Shown here: positions 37,489 through 47,250 of the stretch, in pieces | Layout: each line of letters begins with the position of its first letter | Numbering within the stretch: the first letter of the stretch is position 1 | Source: Polyangiaceae bacterium | Lineage (GTDB): Bacteria > Myxococcota_A > Polyangia > Polyangiales > Polyangiaceae | Assembly (NCBI GenBank): GCA_044376115.1 | Contig: JBILLK010000018.1 | Coordinates: 64,001 to 128,000, forward strand | DNA: 64,000 nucleotides | Reading direction: 5' to 3' | Program-made: the position numbers and the translations under genes | The notes under the pieces: generated by a model | Database searches by the model: none | What the model was told of the DNA's origin: nothing | The model's input: only the letters and a program-made list of their open reading frames with translations

Positions 37489-39213
37489 GTGAATGAAGCA
37501 GCCTCCTTCCGGTTCGCCCGTGACCTCTTGCTCGAGCACGCAAGGGACTATGACGAGGCCTATGCTCGCTTTCGGTGGCCCGAGCTGACTCACTTCAACT
37601 GGGCGCTCGACCACTTCGACGAGCTCCCCGCTGAGGACCTGGCCTTAATCGTAAAGACCGAGTCCCCCCCGACACGCCACGCCTTCAGTTTCGGACAACT
37701 GCGAACACGCTCGAACCAGCTCGCGAACCTATTTCGACAAGCGGGCGTTGCACGAGGCGACCGCGTCTTGCTCATGTTGGGCAACACACCCGAGCTATGG
37801 CAGGTGTTCCTCGCATGCATGAAGCTCGGGGCCGTAATTGTCCCTTCGACTACCGTGCTATCGCGCAGCGAGATCGAAGATCGCCTATCGAGAGGTGGGG
37901 TCAAACATCTAGTCGCAGAGGCCAGCGCGCTCTCCAAATTGGGCGAACTGAGCGGGCTCGCGACACGGTGGCTCGTCGGCGAAAAACCACCAGCTGGATG
38001 GCGTAGCCTCGAGGACGCCGCGGGCTTGCCAGATGGCTTCGAGCCACAAGGGGTCACCCTCGCTAGCGACACACTATTGCTCTATTTCACCTCGGGAACG
38101 ACGGCGAAACCTAAACTCGTTAGGCATACGCACGCTAGCTACCCCGTTGGGCACCTGAGCACGATGTATTGGATAGGCCTTCGCCCGCGTGATGTTCATT
38201 GGAACATCAGCTCACCGGGCTGGGCCAAGCACGCCTGGAGCAATATCTTCGCTCCCTGGAACGCTGGCGCCACGGTGTTCGTTCATGCGACAGCACGCTT
38301 TTCAGCTCGCGTTACGCTCGACCTATTGGAGGAGGAGGCCGTTACCACGCTATGCGCGCCGCCGACGGTGTGGCGCATGCTGGTGCTCGAGGATCTGCGC
38401 CAACGCAAGGTGTCGCTGCGAGAGTGCGTCGCCGCCGGTGAGCCACTCAATCCCGAGATCATCGGCACCGTGCAGCAGGCTTGGAACATCACCGTTCGCG
38501 ATGGCTTTGGGCAAACCGAGACCACCGCACTCGTGGGCAATCCTCCGGGACAGCCGATAAAACCTGGGTCGATGGGCAGGCCGCTCCCAGGCTACCGCAT
38601 TGTTCTAAACAATGATCTCGCGGACCCTGGCGCCGGTGAACCGCAGGAGGGCGAGCTGGCGGTGGACCTATCCGGGCCGAGACCCACCGGTGTGATGGCG
38701 GGTTACGCAGATGATGACGCGCTTTGGGCTGAGGTGTCTCGGGGAGCCCGCTATCGCACAGGGGACATCGTCAACCGGGATGCGGATGGCTTCATCACCT
38801 ATGTCGGTCGGGCCGACGACGTATTCAAGGCCAGCGATTATCGCATTAGCCCATTCGAGCTCGAGAGCGTCCTTTTGGAGCACCCTTCGGTGGCAGAAGC
38901 GGCAGTGGTGCCGAGCCCCGACCCCGTGCGGCTCGCTGTCCCGAAGGCGTTTGTCGTCTTGCGGCCTGAGGTGTCACACTCAGCCGAGCTCGGGCGTGAA
39001 TTGCTGGCCTTCGTGCAGGAGCGAGTGGCGCCCTTTAAACGAATTCGTCGTTTGGAGTTTGCCATGCAGGCAGGGGCCACGCTCGCTGCCGCCCTCACCG
39101 TGTTGCCCAAGACGATCAGCGGCAAGATTCGGCGTGTGGAACTACGGCTTCTCGAAGCTGACCGCAACCTCGCGGAAGGACCCAAAGCCAATGAAGTTTG
39201 GGATCACGGCTAG
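37489..39213 (+). CDS. Acyl-CoA synthetase (AMP-binding)
   Basis: YFTSGTTAKPK, DGFGQTET, YRTGD, LPKTISGKI. Confidence 0.93.
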   Translation: MNEAASFRFARDLLLEHARDYDEAYARFRWPELTHFNWALDHFDELPAEDLALIVKTESPPTRHAFSFGQLRTRSNQLANLFRQAGVARGDRVLLMLGNTPELWQVFLACMKLGAVIVPSTTVLSRSEIEDRLSRGGVKHLVAEASALSKLGELSGLATRWLVGEKPPAGWRSLEDAAGLPDGFEPQGVTLASDTLLLYFTSGTTAKPKLVRHTHASYPVGHLSTMYWIGLRPRDVHWNISSPGWAKHAWSNIFAPWNAGATVFVHATARFSARVTLDLLEEEAVTTLCAPPTVWRMLVLEDLRQRKVSLRECVAAGEPLNPEIIGTVQQAWNITVRDGFGQTETTALVGNPPGQPIKPGSMGRPLPGYRIVLNNDLADPGAGEPQEGELAVDLSGPRPTGVMAGYADDDALWAEVSRGARYRTGDIVNRDADGFITYVGRADDVFKASDYRISPFELESVLLEHPSVAEAAVVPSPDPVRLAVPKAFVVLRPEVSHSAELGRELLAFVQERVAPFKRIRRLEFAMQAGATLAAALTVLPKTISGKIRRVELRLLEADRNLAEGPKANEVWDHG

Positions 39214-39259
39214 TGAGCCGAGCGATGCAGCCCTAAGCTGAAAGTGGTAGGGGTCGACC

Positions 39260-40204
39260 GTGCTCCGCGTCCTGCGCATCTTCACGGGTGTACTGTCGTT
39301 TCTCTATCTGATTCTGGTCCTAAACCTGGTCCAACTCGGGAGCTTTCTCTTGTTGCCGATCTCCCGAGCTGCCGTGAGGCGCATCAATAGCTGGTGCGCG
39401 CGCTCGATCTGGGGCCTTTGGGTGCTCATGGCGGAGCGTCAAAACCGTATTCAGGTCCGAGTTACTGGGGATCACCTGCCCCCTCGAGAGAACGTGCTCC
39501 TGCTCGCAAACCACCAGAGCATGACAGACGTGCTCCTGATGCTGTGCTTGGCGTGGCGGGCCCGGCGACTTGGAGATCTCAAGTGGTTCGTCAAGGACCC
39601 GGTTAAGTACGTTCCTGGGCCAGGCTTTGGTATGTGGTTCTTGGATTGTATCTTCGTTAAGAGGGATTGGCACAAGGACCGCCGCAACATCGAACGGCTA
39701 TTTCAGAAGTACAAAGCTGAACAGATCCCCATCTTCCTTGTTTCGTTCTTGGAGGGCACTCGCTTAACGGCCAAAAAGCTCGCGGAGACGCAAGAGTTCG
39801 CTCGGGCGCGCGGCCTTTATGAACCGCGGCATACGCTCGTTCCCAGAACCAAAGGCTTCACCTTTACGATGGTGGGCCTTCGCGACCACCTGGACGCCGT
39901 TTACGACGTTACGATCGGCTACCCCACCAATCCACCTCCATCCCTCTTTGCGTGCTTCGCGGGGGACGTGCAACAGCTCGACCTCCACGTTCGCCGCTTT
40001 GAGAAATCAGCGCTACCTACCGATGAAGCTGCGCTTGCCGATTGGGCAACAGAACGCTACCGCGAGAAGGACCTACTCCTGGAGCACCGTCACAAGACTG
40101 GTAGCTTCCCCGGAGAGGACCTCGGAGGGAAGGTCCTTATTAGCGAATGGTTCAAGTCTGAGCGCGCGCTACCAGCCTGGGCAGACCAGCCTCACACAGG
40201 CTAG
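39260..40204 (+). CDS. Lysophospholipid acyltransferase (PlsC/LCLAT1-like)
   Basis: NHQSMTD, FLEGTR, PRTKG. Confidence 0.9.
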   Translation: MLRVLRIFTGVLSFLYLILVLNLVQLGSFLLLPISRAAVRRINSWCARSIWGLWVLMAERQNRIQVRVTGDHLPPRENVLLLANHQSMTDVLLMLCLAWRARRLGDLKWFVKDPVKYVPGPGFGMWFLDCIFVKRDWHKDRRNIERLFQKYKAEQIPIFLVSFLEGTRLTAKKLAETQEFARARGLYEPRHTLVPRTKGFTFTMVGLRDHLDAVYDVTIGYPTNPPPSLFACFAGDVQQLDLHVRRFEKSALPTDEAALADWATERYREKDLLLEHRHKTGSFPGEDLGGKVLISEWFKSERALPAWADQPHTG

Positions 40205-40707
40205 TTCTTTACTACCCAGCTCCCGGCCTCCAGCCGGTACTCCTGATCGTAGTTCTCGTCGTCCTTGCTGGCCACCTGGCGCTTGACCTTCTCTTGACCG
40301 CTCGCGTCCTCGAAGGTCCACTTCTCATCCCACTTTTCGTCGCGATCGAGGTCGATCTTTAGTCTGCGTTTGCCGTCCGCTTCCTTGTACAGATTGACCT
40401 TGTAGCTCTCGCCCTTGACGGCATCTTTCACCTTGTCGGACGCGATGCCCTGCGCCACCCGGTCGAGTATCTTCCGATCCATCGGCCGAAGGTTCCCGCT
40501 CGGTGGCGCTTGCGTCGTCGCAGCTGGGGCCGCTGTCTGGGTGGGAGGTTGGGCGGTCGCAGGCTTCGGCGCTTCCGTGGCCTTCGCCGTTGCGCTGGCG
40601 ACGGCATTGTCACTCTTACTGCAAGCAGAATAGCCCGCAACGCTCCCACCGACGCCGAGCAGTAAAGCACCAGTGATCGCAAGAGCCCTAAACGTCTTAA
40701 ACTTCAT
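40201..40707 (-). CDS. Hypothetical exported protein / lipoprotein
   Basis: Signal segment ending YSAC; IDLDRDEKWDEKW motif. Confidence 0.7.
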   Translation of the reverse strand: MKFKTFRALAITGALLLGVGGSVAGYSACSKSDNAVASATAKATEAPKPATAQPPTQTAAPAATTQAPPSGNLRPMDRKILDRVAQGIASDKVKDAVKGESYKVNLYKEADGKRRLKIDLDRDEKWDEKWTFEDASGQEKVKRQVASKDDENYDQEYRLEAGSWVVKN

Positions 40708-41605
40708 GAACAACCTCCAAGGACCTCGGCATCATGCGGCGCGCGATCGGCACTGTACAGTTGCAGTAACTGTATTGGCACGGCAGAGCGTCTTCAAATA
40801 GACGGAATTCGTGCGTCAAAAAGTTACCCAGCGACTGGAGTTTACGCCTGCGAGCGGGGTAGCAACGGAAGGTATTGCCCTCGTCATCCATGATGAAATA
40901 GCGGCTTCCCGCCCAACAAGGTTGCCCCAAAAAGGACGGATCGATCTCGCCCATTAAATTGTGACCACCGAGAGCGAGCAGCTGTGCGCGCTCCTGAGTC
41001 GTATAGGCAATGACATCGCGGTCTTGCTTTTCGGGTTGCACTTTGAACGTCACGCCGCGATCAGCAAATATCTGTTTTATCAGAGGCAGGCGAGGCAGCA
41101 CCGCTCGCGTCGCCACGCACGTTACATGCACCCCTGGCGCCGGCAAGGAAGGCTCCTGCGCGGAGGTCAGTTCACGATGGAGCCACGCAGCCTTGTCGGC
41201 GAACGCCTCTAACTTCGGAACGTATTCGAGGTGCAGGCTGCACGATACCATTGAGACGCGCCCTCGACAGGCGGCGATGAAGCGCGAGAGCTTGCTCTCG
41301 TCAGCGCTAAAGTTGGTGACGACTCCGACGCGATGCTTCAACGACGCCAGTCCTTCAGCAATCTCTAGTAGCGTGGGATGAACGAAGGGCTCACCCCCGG
41401 ATAGCTTTATCTCCCAGGGGCCGGATAGCCTGGCGAACGCCTCTAGAAATCGCGGGGTATCCCTCGACCAGCGGCCTCGATCCTCCTTGAAGCGCTGGGT
41501 GCAATAGCTGCACCGATAGTTGCAGGCTGTGTTGATGTTCCAGCTGATCACCCCCTCCGCGGGGCGAGGGGTCGGCAGCTGCCTTGGGAGAGATTCCTCA
41601 CTCAT
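40697..41605 (-). CDS. Radical SAM protein with C-terminal Cys cluster
   Basis: CNYRCSYC, SGGEPF, CWAG...C...CQYSYCNC. Confidence 0.9.
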   Translation of the reverse strand: MSEESLPRQLPTPRPAEGVISWNINTACNYRCSYCTQRFKEDRGRWSRDTPRFLEAFARLSGPWEIKLSGGEPFVHPTLLEIAEGLASLKHRVGVVTNFSADESKLSRFIAACRGRVSMVSCSLHLEYVPKLEAFADKAAWLHRELTSAQEPSLPAPGVHVTCVATRAVLPRLPLIKQIFADRGVTFKVQPEKQDRDVIAYTTQERAQLLALGGHNLMGEIDPSFLGQPCWAGSRYFIMDDEGNTFRCYPARRRKLQSLGNFLTHEFRLFEDALPCQYSYCNCTVPIARRMMPRSLEVVHEV

Positions 41606-42468
41606 ACGCCCACCCCCATGAGGTCGTCGCCAACGCCCTGAATCATTCCGCGATTGGCTGGTACCGTGCAGGGACAGATATCGTAGTTACAACGCACTGG
41701 CGCTAAACGCCTAGCGAAGGAACCGTCGAGCACGTTACCAAGATACCCCTCCTTGAAACGACGCGCCGTCCGACAACTCCAAGCCTCCCCTCGCTGAGTG
41801 AGGACGAAGTAGTCGACCCCGGTGAAACACAGCCGCCCTCGATAGCTTGGGGAAACGTTGGCTTCACGCGGGCTCGGCGACGAGCCGACGATCGGTAAAA
41901 GCCGTTTGCGGTCAGCCTCGTTATAGTCGAAGACGCCCGACTTGGTCTTCATCAGCTGAGGGAAGAACTTGAGGCCCCTGGCTGACAAGAGGGCGTGCGC
42001 CCGTGCGGCCGCTTCGAGTTGGCCCGGGACCATGACGGAGTTGCACACGAGCGTCGCATCAGCCGCCATACGATCGCGTAAACGACAAGCCTTGTCGGCA
42101 AACTCCTCCGCGCTGGCGAACTCCAGATGAAGGCTTGCTGAGACAACGCCTAACCGACCATAGGTCGCATCAGCAAAGCGATCGAGCACCGCGTTAGGCG
42201 CCGATAGATTGGTAAGTATGGAGATCTTGTGGGACGTGGTCTCGACCAGTCCCGGGATGATCCGCCCCATGAAGGCCTTGAAGGAGAACGGCTCGCCGCC
42301 AGTCATCTTGATCTCCCAGCGCTCCTGTAGGCTCCCGAAGAAGTTCAGGAACTGCGTCACCTCGTCATCCGATGGGTGGCCGACACGCGAAGACTTGCTC
42401 TGAATGCAGTACGTGCAGTCGTAATTGCAATGCCCGCAGACCTGCCACTCGATCGTCGGGCGCCTCAT
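41602..42468 (-). CDS. Radical SAM protein, paralog of the neighbouring gene
   Basis: CNYDCTYC, TGGEPF, CFTG...C...CNYDICPC. Confidence 0.9.
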   Translation of the reverse strand: MRRPTIEWQVCGHCNYDCTYCIQSKSSRVGHPSDDEVTQFLNFFGSLQERWEIKMTGGEPFSFKAFMGRIIPGLVETTSHKISILTNLSAPNAVLDRFADATYGRLGVVSASLHLEFASAEEFADKACRLRDRMAADATLVCNSVMVPGQLEAAARAHALLSARGLKFFPQLMKTKSGVFDYNEADRKRLLPIVGSSPSPREANVSPSYRGRLCFTGVDYFVLTQRGEAWSCRTARRFKEGYLGNVLDGSFARRLAPVRCNYDICPCTVPANRGMIQGVGDDLMGVGV

Positions 42469-43595
42469 TCGCCCCCCACCAAGACTGGCAGACGACGCTG
42501 CCCAGCCGAGAACCTCGGCTGGCCGCCAACTCTGCCGGTAGCTTCAAGTAGCTTGAGTTCACCGTACTTGCGGGCAAACGCGTTAGACAGCTTAACGTTC
42601 TGATTGAACTTGCCGCATTGCCGACAACTCTCGAGGTAGTCACCGCGATGAAATCGTTCCCGCAATGCGGACCAGGCCTCCCCTCGCCACAGCTCACCAA
42701 AGCCCGCTGAAGGCGCAAGCTGGCCGACGACGACGTCGGTGTTGCAACAATAAAGCACAGTACGATCCACGAGGACTCGCGAGTAGGCATACCCCATGAA
42801 GCAGCCGACCTCAGCAATCGAAGCGGTTGCCTCACCACCGGCCGATAGCTGCTGCTCAAACACTGCAAGGTTGGTCTCTATCCCTAGCTCCTTGGCTCGG
42901 CCCTGCGCGGCAGCAATATCTTTACTGAGCAGCTTGTCCCGCTGACGCTCTTCAATTCGGCAACGTTCCGTTCCTGCCTGCAGCGACGCGAGCTTGAAGT
43001 TCACCTGACTTGCGGAGTAGTTCGCCGCAAACTCGACCATTGCAACGAGTTCGTGCGCATTGGTATCGGCGATGACCTGAACGTGTTTGAAGCGGCGTGC
43101 TCGCGCTTTGAATCGGTCCAACATGGCGAGCAGCTTGTGCCACTCCACCGCGCGAAAGTTCGGGTGGAAGGCGAGGTAGCTCTGCTCCGAAGCGCCGTGG
43201 ATACCGATCAGCAGCTGGTCGACACCGCTATCAACGATACGGTCGGCGTCGGCTGCAACCAGGTTGGTGATGATCGTGAGGAACAACCGACGTTCCTTGA
43301 CCGCCTCGATCATCTCGTAGACGTCGGGGTGAGTGAACGGCTCCCCCATACCGCTCAGGACGATATTCTTTGTCCCCCCGAGGACCTGCAGCTCAGCGAG
43401 CAGGGCAACGACGTCCTCCACACGGGCGCGGCTCCGTTTCCACTGGGGAGACTGTGGAGTAGCGAGCAGCGGCGAATGATCCCAACAGGTGATGCAGTTG
43501 GTATTGCAGCCGTTCGTGATGTCGATGTGAACCGTCTCCGGTCCAGGAGGCGGCTGCCTCTCAAGCATGGCCTTGAGCACTTGCTTACTCATCAA
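42465..43595 (-). CDS. Radical SAM protein with SPASM/Twitch domain
   Basis: CNTNCITC, GMGEPF, CFMG...YCC...CRQC. Confidence 0.9.
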   Translation of the reverse strand: MMSKQVLKAMLERQPPPGPETVHIDITNGCNTNCITCWDHSPLLATPQSPQWKRSRARVEDVVALLAELQVLGGTKNIVLSGMGEPFTHPDVYEMIEAVKERRLFLTIITNLVAADADRIVDSGVDQLLIGIHGASEQSYLAFHPNFRAVEWHKLLAMLDRFKARARRFKHVQVIADTNAHELVAMVEFAANYSASQVNFKLASLQAGTERCRIEERQRDKLLSKDIAAAQGRAKELGIETNLAVFEQQLSAGGEATASIAEVGCFMGYAYSRVLVDRTVLYCCNTDVVVGQLAPSAGFGELWRGEAWSALRERFHRGDYLESCRQCGKFNQNVKLSNAFARKYGELKLLEATGRVGGQPRFSAGQRRLPVLVGGE

Positions 43596-45253
43596 TGATT
43601 CTCCGGCTCTTCCGGCGAGTCCTCCGCGCCGTCCCCCTGCGGGAGCGGACCTCGGTCCCCGAGGGCAGGGTCGGACGCAAGCATCCGTTCGATTCCGCGA
43701 TAAAGATCGAGTCCGTCCTTCTGCAGGTCTGCGGTTACCCGCTCAATCAGGCCGATCGTCGCCCCTATCTCCAATTCGCCTCCTTGCAGAGCCGCACGCA
43801 GGAACGCCCCCGTAGCCCGCCAATCGTTGAAGGGCGCCATACACTGAAGTAGCCGTAGACTTGCGTTGCCTCGCGCGGCAGGCGCAGCAAGCTCAAATCG
43901 CTTTAGGAAGAGCCCCGCCGTACGCACAGCAGCCTCGACCTCGACTCCCAAAGCCAGCACGCCGGCGGACCAAGCCAGCGCCGCAGAGGAAGTCTGCTGT
44001 GGAAGGGATTGCGGTAGCCCGGCGATCCCCGGGTTCAGCAGCTGACAGGCTCGGATAAACAATGATTCTGCTGCATCATATTCCGCGGCCAACGCGAGGA
44101 CCTCATCACCGTAGGCAGCCTCGGCAGCTTCCACCTCGCTGACGCCGACCACCAGTTTGAGCAGCTGCGCGGCAGCGCGCCGCGCGCCGAGCATGGGACC
44201 GAACTGCCGCCAACCCGCGCCCGCTCGGGCCTGCGCCTCTGGGCCGCACAACTGCGCGACCGCGCGCCCTAGCTCTGCCGTGACCACAGGTCGCTCCACG
44301 ATGATCGCGCTGCCTACCTCGACCGCCGCGCGCGCGCGCTCATCCTGCTCGTCAGCAATCTTTCGCTGTGGGATGAAAACCGCGGGGACCCCCGCTTGTC
44401 TCAGCTCCACAACCGAGTTGTATCCAGCGCCCGAGATAGCCACGTCAGCCGCACGCAGCAGCCGTGCATAACCTGGGTTCTGGAGCCAGCGAAGCTGCGC
44501 GCCAAACTCAGGAGCCCCGCGATGGAGAGGCCCAGCACCAAGTACTAAATAACTATCTTGCGTCCCTGCTCCGAGCACCGCCTCACGAGTAACCGCTAGG
44601 TCTGTCGCGGCACCTGGGTCTCCGCCACCCCCAGCTGAAGCGAAGACCACGCGTGCATCGAGCGGGAGGTTGAGCTGTTTGCGCGCTTGTTCGCGCGAAA
44701 GCAGCTCCGCAGGCTCGCGGACAGCGATCGGCCCAACGCAGCTTACTCTGGACCGTGCCTGCGCAGGCACCGGCAGCCGAAGAGCATCCTCCGGAACAAT
44801 CAGCGCATCGTAGAGATCGAGTGTTGTTTGAAACTCAGGCTGACCAGCGAGCTCGGGCTTTACCGGCCGGTAGATGAAGGCGCGTTTGCGGCATAAATCC
44901 AGACAGGCCGGTAGCTCCCCAAAACTTCCCCGAGGAAAGGTATCTACGACGAATAGGTCTGGTCGCAACAAACCGACCGAGTGCCATATCCACTGTTTTA
45001 CCAGCCCAATGAAGGCCAGCTTATCGAGGCCGGCCGCTGCAGCCATGGACTTCGATGGGACCTTGAAGGTTGGAAAGCCTTCAGCGTAAAGCAGCGTGTC
45101 AGCTTCACTCGAGCTGAGGAAGATAGGTTCGAGTTTTACACCGGCGTGCGACGCATAACGCCGCATCCACCTTGCAACGGCACAGAGCCTCGTAGCGTGA
45201 CCGACGCCACCGCCATTGATGGCGTAGAAGACGACGCGAACGCTTCGCGCCAT
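43592..45253 (-). CDS. GT-B glycosyltransferase with C-terminal helical extension
   Basis: NGGGVGHATR, SAGGGG, SGAGYNS, DEQDERA. Confidence 0.82.
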   Translation of the reverse strand: MARSVRVVFYAINGGGVGHATRLCAVARWMRRYASHAGVKLEPIFLSSSEADTLLYAEGFPTFKVPSKSMAAAAGLDKLAFIGLVKQWIWHSVGLLRPDLFVVDTFPRGSFGELPACLDLCRKRAFIYRPVKPELAGQPEFQTTLDLYDALIVPEDALRLPVPAQARSRVSCVGPIAVREPAELLSREQARKQLNLPLDARVVFASAGGGGDPGAATDLAVTREAVLGAGTQDSYLVLGAGPLHRGAPEFGAQLRWLQNPGYARLLRAADVAISGAGYNSVVELRQAGVPAVFIPQRKIADEQDERARAAVEVGSAIIVERPVVTAELGRAVAQLCGPEAQARAGAGWRQFGPMLGARRAAAQLLKLVVGVSEVEAAEAAYGDEVLALAAEYDAAESLFIRACQLLNPGIAGLPQSLPQQTSSAALAWSAGVLALGVEVEAAVRTAGLFLKRFELAAPAARGNASLRLLQCMAPFNDWRATGAFLRAALQGGELEIGATIGLIERVTADLQKDGLDLYRGIERMLASDPALGDRGPLPQGDGAEDSPEEPENH

Positions 45254-45254
45254 C

Positions 45255-46559
45255 TCAGGAAGGGTCCATGAAGCCAGCGCTCTCGTGGCTATCGGACGGA
45301 TAAGGGTCCGCTATGTGAACCGCGCGCGCTGCGTCATCGTGATAGTCATCTCGCGCGTACTGATAATTAGGATGTTGGTGGTGATGGCTTGCCACCTGCG
45401 GGATAAAGTCGCCATCAATGCGGCCGTCCGTCATCAGGTCCCACCAGAGAAAGTCTTGAACGAAGCTGCCTCGATCGTAACGGTCGAATACGTAGACCGT
45501 GTCAGAGGTATGTTGATAACGATGCCACCGCTTCTGATAGCGCTCTTGAATGGGTCTGAAGCGTTGCTGATACTTTTCGACGGGGATCGCTGCGTAGGCG
45601 TTCTTCGATCGCGCGTACTTTTCTGCCTCTCGTTGGGCCCTGACCTTCCCCTCGGCGATCTCCCTTTGCAGCATAACCAGCTCGGATTGGCGCAGGCCAT
45701 CGAGGTAGTCGAGCTTTGCGCCGAGACCGAAAACACGTTTCGCGAGGATATCCAGCTCTGGGACCTGCGCGAGCCGAGGACCAATCGCCGCTCCGCCACT
45801 GTCGACGATGTGCCTACCCAAGTGCTCGCGTAGATTTGAAAGCGTGCGTTCGGCGAGCGTTTCCTGCGCGTGCCGCAGCGTCGCGTATCTGCGGTCTTGC
45901 TCGGCTCCCTTGCGCAACAATTGGTCTATCTCCTTGGCACGCTGCGCCAAGCTCTCGAGTGACTCCACCGACCGTTGATACTCGTCGCGGAACTCGCTGA
46001 AGGTCTTGCCCGGGAAGTTGACCAGGATCTCATCGGCGGCCTCCCAATCGGTGTAATAGGAAAGCCGCCAAAAAGGTACGTCATAGGCCGGGGTTCCGTA
46101 GCCGACAGCAAGGAGATGCGGCAAGCGAGGGTGCGCAGCGGCAGCAACCAGCGGCTCGATGCTGCGCCGTGCACCGTCCAGCTCGGCCAACTCGAGGATG
46201 AGCTTGCCACCGCGCGGGTCTCGCAGGTGCTCACGGTGAATGAAGTTGGGGTCGGCCTCGATCACTTGGATCTTTCGCGCGAGGTCGTCTGCTTCGGCGG
46301 CCATGCGCTCGAGCGGCTGCCCTGACACAAGGGGGGTATAGCCGGTTAGCCCAGCCGCGTGCGCTAGGTGCTCACGGGTCAACACCGGGAGAAGGGTGGC
46401 AACTAACTCGCTAAGCGCGTGATTGGCTTGTGCGTGAACCTCGTAGCGCCGCTGGTCATGCTTGACCAGTAGCTCACTCGTATAGCGGTCCGCTTGGTCG
46501 AGCTCGGCATACTGATTTCGAGCGGCGCTCGCCCACTCATGACCGTAGATGAAGCTCAT
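45255..46559 (-). CDS. Hypothetical coiled-coil protein
   Basis: 434-aa ORF packed tightly against both neighbours; FLWWDLMTDGRIDG motif. Confidence 0.75.
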   Translation of the reverse strand: MSFIYGHEWASAARNQYAELDQADRYTSELLVKHDQRRYEVHAQANHALSELVATLLPVLTREHLAHAAGLTGYTPLVSGQPLERMAAEADDLARKIQVIEADPNFIHREHLRDPRGGKLILELAELDGARRSIEPLVAAAAHPRLPHLLAVGYGTPAYDVPFWRLSYYTDWEAADEILVNFPGKTFSEFRDEYQRSVESLESLAQRAKEIDQLLRKGAEQDRRYATLRHAQETLAERTLSNLREHLGRHIVDSGGAAIGPRLAQVPELDILAKRVFGLGAKLDYLDGLRQSELVMLQREIAEGKVRAQREAEKYARSKNAYAAIPVEKYQQRFRPIQERYQKRWHRYQHTSDTVYVFDRYDRGSFVQDFLWWDLMTDGRIDGDFIPQVASHHHQHPNYQYARDDYHDDAARAVHIADPYPSDSHESAGFMDPS

Positions 46560-46900
46560 GTGCGACTCACGCGCCCTTTCATCTCGAGCACGCGCAGAAA
46601 GTGCCCCGCGGCGTGTTCGAGTGAAGCGGCGCTCTCGACTTCGGCCTCATCGATTAGCAGGATAAAGAACTCGCCGTTCTTCATTCGAGCCTCGAGCTCA
46701 CGGATGACGAGCGGTGTTAGCTCCTCGCGATCTCCCGCCTCCGACGTCAGGTACTCGTAGCCAACGCCCCGCTCTTGATCGAAGCCATCGAGATGAATGA
46801 CCTTGCCCGCCACGCGAAGCGGGTGGTGCTCGACGATCGCGAGGCCAGCCGCGAGAAAACAGCGTTTGAGGACTTCAGTTCCAGCTTGCTCCGTCAGCAC
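46556..46900 (-). CDS. Small hypothetical protein
   Basis: Overlaps the next start by 4 bp; LDGFD...GYEY. Confidence 0.65.
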   Translation of the reverse strand: MLTEQAGTEVLKRCFLAAGLAIVEHHPLRVAGKVIHLDGFDQERGVGYEYLTSEAGDREELTPLVIRELEARMKNGEFFILLIDEAEVESAASLEHAAGHFLRVLEMKGRVSRT

Positions 46901-46956
46901 GGCGGCAGCCTAGCGGCCGTTTGCGCAGCGAGGCAACGGACAGCGCAGGTAGGCCA

Positions 46957-47250
46957 TCACTTCGCGGGCGGAGCATTCGCCGAAGGAAGTCGTGGTGCGG
47001 AGGCCGAGGCGCTTGCCTTCGCGGAGCTCGTGCGTGCCCACTCGAGCGACTCGAGCTCGACAAAGCCTTCAGGCCAGGGCGGCTCGGAGGCGACCTCAAC
47101 GGAACGCGGTACGTAGAACTTTGGTTCCTCCACCGGCGTTAGCAACACGACCAACGCGGCAACGCCAGCTGCCGTGGCTAGAACAGCGAGCGAGATGGCT
47201 CGGAGGCGGAACGCGGGAGCCTGAAATTCGGGCAGCCGGCGCGGTTTCAC
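46957..47250 (-). CDS. Small single-TM hypothetical protein
   Basis: GTG start overlaps the kinase TGA; one hydrophobic segment. Confidence 0.4.
   Translation of the reverse strand: MKPRRLPEFQAPAFRLRAISLAVLATAAGVAALVVLLTPVEEPKFYVPRSVEVASEPPWPEGFVELESLEWARTSSAKASASASAPRLPSANAPPAK

Noticed and set aside
40697..42468. Prokaryotic viperins
   Set aside because: Only the generic CNYxCxYC/GGEP similarity is present, and the C-terminal Cys clusters point to auxiliary Fe-S enzymes. Not formally excluded without an HMM search.
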